From Candidatus Latescibacterota bacterium (GTDB taxonomy: Bacteria > Latescibacterota > UBA2968 > UBA8231): DNA of 64,000 nucleotides. A program made the position numbers and the translations under genes. Positions 28,612-37,560 of this stretch are shown one piece after another (position 1 is the stretch's first letter; every line of letters begins with the position of its first letter). The notes under the pieces were generated by a model that saw only the letters and a program-made list of their open reading frames with translations, had not been told where the DNA came from and did no database searches. Location of the stretch: positions 2,912,001-2,976,000 of the forward strand of contig OY730476.1 in the NCBI GenBank assembly GCA_963422735.1, in the 5' to 3' direction.

Positions 28612-29276
28612 GCCTCGGAATCGTCCTCGTCAGCGGTGGGCTCGACTCCTGCGTCACCGCCGCCATTGCCGCCCGCCGCGACCCCCTAGCCTTTCTCCAC
28701 TTGCGCTATCGCCAGCGCACCGAAGGCCGCGAATTCGCGGCCTTCTCCGCTCTCGCGGATCACTTTCAGGTGGAGACCCGCCTCGTGGTAGATGTCGATT
28801 ACATGCGCCAGATCGGCGGCTCCAGCTTGGTTGATGCGACCCAGCCCATACCTGAGGACGAGGCCGCAGCCGGCCTGCCCACCACCTATGTCCCCTTCCG
28901 CAACGCCAACTTGCTCGGCGTGGCCGTGGCTTGGGCCGAGGTCATCGGCGCAGCCGACATCTACATCGGCGCCCACGAAGCAGAGAGCCAATATCCGGAC
29001 TGTCAGCGGGAATTTTTCGCCGCTTATGAGCGCATGGTCGCCGCTGGTACTGGCCCGCAAACCCAAGTGCGTATCCAGACCCCGCTCATAGACTGGGACA
29101 AAGCCGCCATCGTCCGCTGCGGCCTAGCACTAACCGCCCCCCTACATCTGACTTGGTCCTGCTATCAGCGCGAAGACCTCGCCTGCGGCCGCTGCACAAG
29201 CTGCCGCAGGCGCCGGGCCGGCTTTCGCCGGGCCGGTGCCGACGACCCCTTGCCTTATGCTAATTGCCGTGATTAG
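28608..29276 (+). CDS. queC: 7-cyano-7-deazaguanine synthase QueC
   Basis: SGGLDS PP-loop, TYVPFRN, YPDC and TWSCY...CGRCTSC; TTG start overlaps the upstream stop. Confidence 0.93.
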   Translation: MSLGIVLVSGGLDSCVTAAIAARRDPLAFLHLRYRQRTEGREFAAFSALADHFQVETRLVVDVDYMRQIGGSSLVDATQPIPEDEAAAGLPTTYVPFRNANLLGVAVAWAEVIGAADIYIGAHEAESQYPDCQREFFAAYERMVAAGTGPQTQVRIQTPLIDWDKAAIVRCGLALTAPLHLTWSCYQREDLACGRCTSCRRRRAGFRRAGADDPLPYANCRD

Positions 29277-29356
29277 TGGTCAGGGGTCAGGGGTCAGTTC
29301 CCTATCCCAAGGTCCGTCCCGTAGATCCCTCTCACCCCTCACCAAGGAGCTAACTC

Positions 29357-30472
29357 ATGCTAATCGGCTACGTCAGCGACGAACGCTACATCGCCCTGCA
29401 CGGCGTACAGTTCGAACTGGCCAACGAAGACCTACACGTCGAAACCCGCTCGTGGGCCATCGGCGAGGTCTTCGCCGACATTCCTCCCGGCCCCTACGCA
29501 GAGACCTTGCAAAAAGACGGTTTCGGCCCCAAGCGCGGGCAGGTCAATATCCACCCCGACCAGCCGCACCACTTTCGCTTGCTCGCTCATCAGTTGCTCG
29601 GCTACGCCTAGCCCAAGTGGGTCCAAGCGGGCGAGCAATCCGAGTTTCGCGTCCACTCGCTCGAAGCCTACCGACTCGATTTGTGGCACTACGGCTGGGA
29701 AAAAGACTACTTCCACGCCAAAGACGAGTCCGGCGCGTTCTTCTCCTTCCCCTATATCGTCGCTCCAGCCACCCCCAGCACCGACATCGCGGGCCTCGCC
29801 GCTAACATCAACTGGAACGCGTACAACAATTCCGGCCCGGCGAAAGCCCGCCAAACGTTGGCGGGCACTCCAACTACATCCACCCCGACTGCTTTCCGCC
29901 CACGCCGACGATCAATGCCCGCCTAGCACTGAAGCGCTATACCGACCCCGAACACATCACTACGACGCCGAGGACTATGCTCCGCTCTCCTTCGATCGGC
30001 CCGAGCCGATCAACTGCATTCTCGAGGACATCGAGATCACCGACCCCATCGCGGGACGCGCTGCCTGTCACGTGGCCCCAGCCGAGTGGCGATTCCTCGG
30101 CTGGCTAGAGCGCGAAGGCTTCGCCTACGACCTGTACGCCGAAACCCAATTGCACTTTGGCCAGCTCGCCCTCAACCAGTACAGAATCCTCGTCACCGCT
30201 ACCCATCCCGAGTACCGGTCGCGCAAAATGTACTACGAGGTCAAGGCATGGGTGCGCGAGCGCGGCGGCAACTCATGTACTTGGGAGGCAACGGCCTCAA
30301 CTGCGAGGTGGAAATGATCGACGAGCAGACGGGGAAGGTCAAAAACGGCGACGGGCGCGGCCAGCGGGCCGAGAGCTACGAGAGCCGCTTTCACCAGTAC
30401 AACGAGGCCGAGGCCAACCTGAACGAGCGGATACCCGGCGGTGCCTCCGGCCACGAGACCGACAAGACCTGA
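29357..30472 (+). pseudogene. N,N-dimethylformamidase large-subunit-like protein, disrupted
   Basis: NWNAYNN, LSFDRP, EWRFLGWLEREG, HPEY and YLGGNG motifs in different frames; nonsense TAG at 29609-29611. Confidence 0.75.
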
Positions 30473-30559
30473 TTTGTAATGCGGTGGGCCATCCTTTAGC
30501 TGTAGCCCTTCTACCTAGCAACCTGTAAGAGCCTACACAGGCTGAAAGGCTACTTTCAA

Positions 30560-30845
30560 CCATGCACAAACCCACCAAACGGGGGCGTCCAAGAAACCGA
30601 CCCCAGCATCTGGTAGCCTATACATCGTATGAGGTATCTCGCATCAGAGCACGAGAGAACCCAGACCAAAATGTGATAAAATCCTATACGCCAAATGCAA
30701 CATCGTCGAGCATCTCTTTGGCTTTCTCAAACACTACCGACGAATTGGGACTAGGGTTGAGAAAAAGGCGTCTCATTTTCTCGCCATTGTCAAGCGGGCC
30801 TGCATCAGACAACTCTTCAAATCTTACTTTTCAGACACTACCTAG
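30560..30845 (+). mobile_element. IS5-family transposase C-terminal remnant
   Basis: KRGRPRNRP then LYAKCNIVEHLFGFLKHYRRIGTRVEKKASHFLAIV (IS5 C-terminal signature); ends ttttcagacactacctag. Confidence 0.75.
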
Positions 30846-30869
30846 TGCGCCGTCAATATAGCAGAAATG

Positions 30870-31593
30870 CTAAGGGGTCATCAACGGCCTTGGGGAGGTC
30901 ACCTGTGCTTATATCCATCCGGTCAAAGACCGGTTCTGGCTGATTGACTATCGGGTTTATGACCCTGAAGGAGATTGCAAGACCAAGTTGGATCACGTCA
31001 AGGATATGTTATCCCTCTTGGGCTACCATAAACACCTCCCGTTCAATGCCGTGTTGGTGGATACTTGGTATGCCACTAAAACGGTCATGCTACATATTGA
31101 GAAACTACAAAAAATTACTACTGCCCCTTAAAACCAAATCGGCGCGTGGACGATTCTTTAGGCACAACCCCCTACGAGCGTGTGGATAGCTTAGCTTGGA
31201 CGCAAACCGAACGCAAAGCAGGCAAACGCATTAAAATCCAAGGGTTTCCCAAAGATCACGAGGTGAAATTATTTCGAGTGGCATCTTCTAACAGACGCAC
31301 GGAGTATGTCGTAACCAACGACGGGGCTCAAGGCGACACCTCCGTGGCACAACAGGTGTGTCACTGGCGTTGGAAGATTGAGCCATTTCACCGGGAAGCA
31401 AAGCAATTGACTGATCTTGAAAGGTATCAATGTCGATTGGTACACATTGTGTGCAACCACATCAGGTGTGCGCTGCTCGTTTGGATTCGACTTGAGCAAG
31501 TGGTTTATCAGGTCAAGCACGGGTTGTTGTCGGACTATTTAAGACAACAATTGAAATCCCCTGCTGTTCGCATGGAACTTGCGTAAGTCCTAT
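30870..31593 (+). mobile_element. IS701-family transposase remnant, 5'-truncated and frameshifted
   Basis: IDYRVYDPEGDCKTKLDHVKDML, VLVDTWYA, EYVVTND, RWKIEPFHREAKQLT, QCR...NHI; lower GC. Confidence 0.8.
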
Positions 31594-31750
31594 TTATAGA
31601 AATGGTATAAAAATAAAGCCCCGTTATCGATGTTCTGGCGACAGATCGAGTACGGCTCGGTCTAGCTGTGATGCTCCTCATGCGACGCGCATTCGCGGAT
31701 GTCCAGTGTAGCGTGTTCGTGGGAAGCTTTGGGGCTAGCGTGCGGGTCGA

Positions 31751-33094
31751 TTAGAACGTCGAGGGTTTGGGCGTTGCTGGGGGCCAGTAGCCGTCTGGAT
31801 CTTCGTCCCACGCCGTGCCGCACATCCGCGATATAACCGCCCATTCGGCGGCGGTCAGGTGGGCGTGGTTGTGGAAGAGGAAGTGCTGCAGCCCGGCTGC
31901 TTCCGAAGCTTGGAGGATGTGGTAGAGATCGCCGGCGGTCATGGGGTCGCCGCCGTGGGGCATGCGCCCGGTATCGACCCAAGGCAAGATCTTTTGCGGG
32001 TCGCCGACCGCGGCGATGGCGCGGCGCGTCTCTTCCTGTACTACCTCGTCGAAAAACGCCTGCGGAAACCCCAACTCCATATCGGCCAAGCACTCTACCT
32101 CGGGCAGGCGAGTGCCGAGCCAAGCGCGGACGACCGTCCAACACTGCGCTTCGCTCAACGCCGGATTCCACTCCTGAATCTGCTGCACCCAGCGGGCGAT
32201 TGTGCCGTACATCCCGTCAAAGCCTCGGTGCCAGAAGTAGTGCTTGACCAGCAGCAAATCCACGATCTGGCCCCAGGCGTGGAAATCGAGCGCGGTCATG
32301 CCGGAAAACACAGCCGAGCGCGGGCCGTTGCCCAAGAGCAGTTGGCGCGGCAACTCGTCGAGGGCTTGGCGGAAGGCGCGGCCTTGGCGGATGCCGTCTT
32401 CGCGGCGCCAGCGCAACCAGTAGAGCGCGTCCTCATTGATGTCGAAGAGGTTCATCTCCGAGAGTACGCCGTAGGCACCATAGTAGTCCACTTCGGCGGG
32501 CGTGAAGCTCTGGAAGCGCTGGTGCAAATGCTGGCGACCCCGATCCAAGCGTGCGGCGTTGTAGCCCCTAGCCGTTGTTTCTTGGCGCTGGCCTTCACTG
32601 AGCGGGCGGAAGACTGCGTTGCCGTGGTGGTATGATAGCTCGTAGGCCGACTCAGTCCAGCCATCAACAATGCCGCCGTCGGTTTCCGGGAAAGCCGCGA
32701 AGATGTCCTCCCAAGCCGCAGCGTGTAGCTGAGTACCGTAGGGGTCCTCCGCTAGCGGCAGGCCCTCGGCGGCAATGGTGCCGGAGGCGGGCGCGAAGAT
32801 CATCAGGGTCCAACCTCGTTTTTTGGCGTCGGCCAGCATAGCGTGCAGGTGCTTTTCCTTGTCGGGTTGCAGGGGCACGTCGCGCAGTTTGGCTTTGAGG
32901 CCGCGCTTTTGGTAGGGCGCTAGATCGCTCTTGAACGCGGGGATGGTACACTGGCCCTGCTCATCGGCAAACAGCAGGCGGCCGAAGACAAGTCCGCGGA
33001 TGCCGCCTTGTTCCCAGGAGTCGAAGATGCGCTCGTAGTCAGACATGACCGCCTCTAAAGGCTGGCCGATGCGGATCCAAGGGGTCAGAGCCAT
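31751..33094 (-). CDS. Hypothetical protein (possible TIM-barrel enzyme)
   Basis: Long ORF with AGGAG RBS; family not recognised. Confidence 0.7.
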   Translation of the reverse strand: MALTPWIRIGQPLEAVMSDYERIFDSWEQGGIRGLVFGRLLFADEQGQCTIPAFKSDLAPYQKRGLKAKLRDVPLQPDKEKHLHAMLADAKKRGWTLMIFAPASGTIAAEGLPLAEDPYGTQLHAAAWEDIFAAFPETDGGIVDGWTESAYELSYHHGNAVFRPLSEGQRQETTARGYNAARLDRGRQHLHQRFQSFTPAEVDYYGAYGVLSEMNLFDINEDALYWLRWRREDGIRQGRAFRQALDELPRQLLLGNGPRSAVFSGMTALDFHAWGQIVDLLLVKHYFWHRGFDGMYGTIARWVQQIQEWNPALSEAQCWTVVRAWLGTRLPEVECLADMELGFPQAFFDEVVQEETRRAIAAVGDPQKILPWVDTGRMPHGGDPMTAGDLYHILQASEAAGLQHFLFHNHAHLTAAEWAVISRMCGTAWDEDPDGYWPPATPKPSTF

Positions 33095-33205
33095 GGCGTG
33101 TTCTCCTATCAATGGACAGGGCAATATATCGCGTCGGTGGGGCGGCGTCCATGATCGCCATCAGCTATCCTTGCAGCATTGTAGCTTTTCGGCTACACTT
33201 TTCCC

Positions 33206-33293
33206 ATGTCAGAGGCGGTATCACACGAGCTCGAGGTATATCAGACAGAGAAAGGCCGTTTACTGGCGCGACTACAGAAGAAGATCATTATGA
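33206..33293 (+). pseudogene. Internally deleted RelE-like addiction-module toxin (HI1419-like)
   Basis: N-terminus MSEAVSHELEVYQTEKGR joined out of frame to C-terminal YWRDYRRRSL-stop, which overlaps the antitoxin ATG (ATGA). Confidence 0.6.
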
Positions 33294-33595
33294 GCAAAGC
33301 ATCTCGCCCGTACAAAGAAGGGCTACTTGAGGATCTCATAAACCCCAGCGAAGCGGCTGCGTATCTGACTGCTGCCCTTGAGGATGGCTCCCCTGATACG
33401 TTCCTCCTTGCGCTGCGCGATGTAGCCGAAGCCCACGGCATGAAGCGGCTCGCAGAGGGTGCTCAGCTTAACCGGGAGTCGATGTATCGAATGCTGTCCG
33501 GCCAGGGCAATCCTCAACTCTTAAGTCTGACTGCCGTTCTTCGCGAGTTGGGCTTACGCCTTGCAGTTGAAGTCGGCGATCCTGTGGCTGCCTAA
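33290..33595 (+). CDS. Addiction-module antidote protein (HI1420-like HTH antitoxin)
   Basis: EAAAYLTAALEDG...FLLALRDVAEA.GM..LAE.AQLNRESMYRMLS..GNP. Confidence 0.9.
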   Translation: MSKASRPYKEGLLEDLINPSEAAAYLTAALEDGSPDTFLLALRDVAEAHGMKRLAEGAQLNRESMYRMLSGQGNPQLLSLTAVLRELGLRLAVEVGDPVAA

Positions 33596-33624
33596 ACACC
33601 GAACTGGACAAAGGAGGTGTCCAA

Positions 33625-35373
33625 ATGGACCGCGAAACAATGACCAATGAAGAGAATTACTGTTTCGACGTGGCCGGATATTTACATGTGCCGGGGACGT
33701 TGACTCGGCCGGAGGTCGAGCGGCTCAATAGGGAGATCGACGCCATTGGGGCGACAGAGGGGATGCTGGGTTGGCCGGGGCAGGCGCGGGAGCCATTCCG
33801 CGACCTGTTGGTGCATCCGGCATTGGTGTGGTATCTCAACCAGCTTGTCGGCCAGGGGTTTATCCTCGACCGCGCACCGGAAGTCTGGTGTGAGGAGACC
33901 AGCGACACGACCGCGCCACTGGTCGGCGGCAACGAGCCTCGGGACCCGGCCATTGCGTACTACTTCCAGAACGGGCGGCGCTTCAGCGAGGGGGTGCGGG
34001 TACTGTGGGCACTGGAGGATGTCGAGGAGGGAGACGGTGGCTTTGTGCTGGTACCGTGCAGCCACAAGGGCAATGTGGCAACGCCGGAGGAGGTGGCGAC
34101 AGGGACCGACGATATGGGGCTTACCTTGCAGCCGACGCTCAAAGCGGGGGATTTGCTGATCGTGGGGCTGGCGACTGTGCAGGGGATGAGACCGTGGAAG
34201 GGGAAAGGACGTCAGCGGCTGTTGAGTTGCGAATTTGTGGGGCGCGGCGTGATGCGTAGCGCGGGGACTGGGCCGAAGACCGAAGTGGAGCCACGCCCGG
34301 AATGGCACGCCGAATTGAGCGCCGAGCAGCGGGCCTCGCTCTACAAGCCGGGCTATCAAGCCACGTCGCCGCCGCCGATGATTGCGACCGATGGCAAGGC
34401 GACGCGGACGGAGTCCGGGGTCTTTCACCCATCGCTTTTGCAGGTGGATCCCGATAGCGGCATCGACTACCGGGAGTTTTACTTCTGGGACCTCAACGGC
34501 TATCTGGTCTTGCGCGGGATAATGGACGAGGAGTGGTTGGCCGCGGCCAACGAGGCGGTGGACCGCTTTGAGGACCAGATCGAAGTCGGCGAAGAGCTGG
34601 CGCGAGGGTCCAAAAGCTTGACTGGAACTGGGCGGCCCTTATTACACGGACTGCTGGAACTGCCCCATCCGTATTGCGAATCGTTCCGACGCATGGTCGC
34701 GCATCCAGCGGTCGAACACCGGCTGAATTGGATGGGCGGCAGCGGCGGGCGGATGGGCGGGGCGACGGGTTTTGTCTCGGTCAAGGGGACCAGTGGCCAC
34801 GCGCTGCACGATGCCAACGAGCCGCTCAACCCTAGCCGCGGCTATGTGTACCACAACGGCCGCAGCTATTGCGAGGCAATCACCGTGACCTGGCAGCTCA
34901 GGGATGTGCGGGCGGGCGACGGGGGTTTTGCCTGCGTACCGGGCAGTCACAAGGCCTACTACAAAATGCCCCCCGGCGTGCGGACCTCCGACCGCGATAT
35001 GGGGTTGGTCAAACACGTCGAGATGAAGGCCGGCGACGTGCTGTTCTTCGGCGATGGAGGCACGACCCACGGGGCGTTGGCCTGGAAGAGCAAGATTTCG
35101 CGGCGGGGTATCCTGATCAAGTATTCGTCGCGCAACTTCAACCGCAGCGGCGGCGAGATGGTCCACCCGGAAAATCGCTGGGGCGAATTAGTCGAGGGCA
35201 TGAGCGACGTCCAGTTGGCCGTAATGCGCGGCCCGGACCGCGATGTGTTCAACAATAACGTGCCGCGCCTAGACGTGGCCAATGGCGAGGTGACCGTGTC
35301 GTACGAGCGGGGCTCGTCGCTCTACAGTAAGGAAGCACCGACCGGGCCGTTGGCAAAGGACGAGAAAGGCTGA
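33625..35373 (+). CDS. Tandem two-domain PhyH-family Fe(II)/2-oxoglutarate oxygenase
   Basis: Internal duplication: FDVAGYL/WDLNGYL, GGFVLVPCSHK/GGFACVPGSHK, KAGDL/KAGDV. Confidence 0.85.
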   Translation: MDRETMTNEENYCFDVAGYLHVPGTLTRPEVERLNREIDAIGATEGMLGWPGQAREPFRDLLVHPALVWYLNQLVGQGFILDRAPEVWCEETSDTTAPLVGGNEPRDPAIAYYFQNGRRFSEGVRVLWALEDVEEGDGGFVLVPCSHKGNVATPEEVATGTDDMGLTLQPTLKAGDLLIVGLATVQGMRPWKGKGRQRLLSCEFVGRGVMRSAGTGPKTEVEPRPEWHAELSAEQRASLYKPGYQATSPPPMIATDGKATRTESGVFHPSLLQVDPDSGIDYREFYFWDLNGYLVLRGIMDEEWLAAANEAVDRFEDQIEVGEELARGSKSLTGTGRPLLHGLLELPHPYCESFRRMVAHPAVEHRLNWMGGSGGRMGGATGFVSVKGTSGHALHDANEPLNPSRGYVYHNGRSYCEAITVTWQLRDVRAGDGGFACVPGSHKAYYKMPPGVRTSDRDMGLVKHVEMKAGDVLFFGDGGTTHGALAWKSKISRRGILIKYSSRNFNRSGGEMVHPENRWGELVEGMSDVQLAVMRGPDRDVFNNNVPRLDVANGEVTVSYERGSSLYSKEAPTGPLAKDEKG

Positions 35374-35426
35374 TAGGCCACCTGATCTCCATCTCCATCC
35401 ATCGACACTTGGGAGGCACACACACC

Positions 35427-36419
35427 ATGCGCCTACTTATCCTAATCCTCGGTACGGCCCAGCTAGTCGCCGCTGAAGCACCCGACTGGCGGCGCCCTGT
35501 AGCCACTTATTCCATTGTCGCCCACGACTCCCTCAGCGGACAGCTCGGCGTTGCCGTCCAGTCCCACTGGTTTTCCGTTGGCCCTATCGTTCCTTGGGCC
35601 CGTCCCGGTGTCGGCGCGGTGGCCACTCAATCCCTCGTTGACCCGGCCTACGGTCCCCTCGGCCTAGAGCTGATGGCCATGGGCAAGACAGCTCCGGCAG
35701 CACTCACTGCCCTGCTCGCAGGGGATGCCGACGCCGAGGTGCGGCAAGTGGCCATGGTTGATGCCGCTGGGAACGTGGCTGTCCACACGGGCGAGCGCGC
35801 CATAGTCGCCGCTGGCCACCAGACCGGTGCCCAGTACAGCGTCCAAGCGAACCTGATGGATCAAGACAGCGTGTGGCCAGCTATGGCGCACGCCTACGAG
35901 AATGCCGAAGGCGATTTGGCCGAGCGTCTGCTTGTGGCCTTGGAGGCTGCTGAGGCCGAGGGGGGAGACCTGCGCGGCCGACAGTCGGCGGCTATCCTCG
36001 TGGTTTCCGCCGAAGATACGGGCAGGCCGTGGGTAGATCGCTTGTTCGATCTGCGCGTGGAAGACCACCCCGAGCCGGTGGCGGAACTGCGCCGCTTGGT
36101 GCGTCTGGCGCGGGCCTATCACAAGCTGAATGAGGGAGACGAATGGGTTGCCGCAGGCGACATGGAGGCGGCTATGGATGCCTACCGTGCAGCGACGGAG
36201 TTGGTGCCTGATGAGGCAACGGGCGGAGAGGCTCCCTTCTGGGTGGGTGTGACCTTGGCCTCCGAGGGCCGTGAAGAGGAGGCCGTGCCCTACCTACGAC
36301 GGGCACAGGCGCAGCACGACCGCTGGGCCGACCTATTGCGGCGGCTGCCAGCCTCTGGCCTGCTGCCGGCCGACGATGCGCTCTTGGAGCGTCTCACCGC
36401 CTCCATGATCGGCGAATAG
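35427..36419 (+). CDS. DUF1028 (Ntn-hydrolase-like) secreted protein with C-terminal TPR
   Basis: ATYSIVA.D...GVAVQS, GAVATQS, GGDLRGRQSAA and DLRVEDHPEP motifs. Confidence 0.88.
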   Translation: MRLLILILGTAQLVAAEAPDWRRPVATYSIVAHDSLSGQLGVAVQSHWFSVGPIVPWARPGVGAVATQSLVDPAYGPLGLELMAMGKTAPAALTALLAGDADAEVRQVAMVDAAGNVAVHTGERAIVAAGHQTGAQYSVQANLMDQDSVWPAMAHAYENAEGDLAERLLVALEAAEAEGGDLRGRQSAAILVVSAEDTGRPWVDRLFDLRVEDHPEPVAELRRLVRLARAYHKLNEGDEWVAAGDMEAAMDAYRAATELVPDEATGGEAPFWVGVTLASEGREEEAVPYLRRAQAQHDRWADLLRRLPASGLLPADDALLERLTASMIGE

Positions 36420-36423
36420 CTGC

Positions 36424-37536
36424 CTAGTCGACGGCAATCGAATGGATCGTGGCCGCGGCCATGGCCTCCCAGTCCACGGCGAGGCCGAGGCCCGGCCCAG
36501 CGGGAGCATAAGCATAGCCATCGGGTTGGGTGCGGATGACATCCTGCATTCCGTATTCATAGGGTTCGCAGGGAACGGACTGCTCAAAATAAGAGCAGTT
36601 GTCGTGGGCCAGCATCAGGTGCAGGTTGGCTGCCGACACTAGGCTGTATCCCCACGACATGATCTCGCATTTCATGCCGGCCGCTTCGGTGAGGGCGATC
36701 GCTTTGTTGGTCTGCGTGATCCCACCCATCATGGCCACATCGGTTCGGGCGCGTCCCCATGCGTTTGAATGAAGGGCTTCGGCAAAGGTATGGAGGTCTT
36801 GGAACCAGTTGCCGGATGGAAGAATGGGAATGGTTACCCGACTCGTCAGCTCTCGGTAGCCGTCGAGATCCGAGTCATGTAGCGGAGCCTCAAACCACGT
36901 AAAGCCCATCGCTTCGAGCGCTTGGGCGACGCGCAGGGCACCGTCGCGGTCGTAGTTGTTCTCGGCGTCGAGCATGAAGGCGACGTCGTTACCGGGGTAC
37001 TGCTTTCGGACGGCACGGGCGAGTTCGAGGTCTAGTTCGGGAATGCACCAAGTGTGGAACTTGATGGCTTTGAAGCCTTGGGCGATGAACTCCTCGGCAT
37101 TCTTCAGATAGGATTCGACATCCTCAAAGAGCGGGGTGCTGGCATAGGCGGGGATCTTGTCTCGCGCTCCGCCCAATAGCCGGTAGAGCGGCATCCCCGC
37201 CATCTTGCCGGCCAAATCCCACAGGGCAATGTCGATGGCAGCCAACGACTGAGGTGGCAGCGGAAAGACGCGCGGCCTGATCTCGTCCCATATATGCTCC
37301 CGCAAGAGCGGGTCCTTGCCTAGCAGGATGGGGGCTAGGTGGCGTATGGATTCGGCGGTGTAGCGCTCAAAGTCATACGAGGTCGCGTTCCAGACGCCAG
37401 CTACGCCCTCGACGCCTTCGTCTGTATAGATTCTGACGACCGTATTGGTCGAGTACTGATCTGGCAGATCGTCCGACCAAGTGAAGCGGTCAACCGGCGG
37501 GGCTACGGTGCGTATTTCGACTTTGGTGATCTTCAT
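36424..37536 (-). CDS. Mandelate racemase/muconate lactonizing enzyme family protein
   Basis: AIDIALWDLAGK..GMPLYRLLGG, GFKAIKFH, MLDAE and WFEAP motifs. Confidence 0.9.
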   Translation of the reverse strand: MKITKVEIRTVAPPVDRFTWSDDLPDQYSTNTVVRIYTDEGVEGVAGVWNATSYDFERYTAESIRHLAPILLGKDPLLREHIWDEIRPRVFPLPPQSLAAIDIALWDLAGKMAGMPLYRLLGGARDKIPAYASTPLFEDVESYLKNAEEFIAQGFKAIKFHTWCIPELDLELARAVRKQYPGNDVAFMLDAENNYDRDGALRVAQALEAMGFTWFEAPLHDSDLDGYRELTSRVTIPILPSGNWFQDLHTFAEALHSNAWGRARTDVAMMGGITQTNKAIALTEAAGMKCEIMSWGYSLVSAANLHLMLAHDNCSYFEQSVPCEPYEYGMQDVIRTQPDGYAYAPAGPGLGLAVDWEAMAAATIHSIAVD

Positions 37537-37560
37537 GGAACACCTTTCGTGGAAACGAAT

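Noticed and set aside
18389-29611. In-frame TAG codons at 18389 and 29609 as stop-codon recoding or pyrrolysine
   Set aside because: The same genes also carry frameshifts, TAG ends many intact genes here, and single transitions explain both
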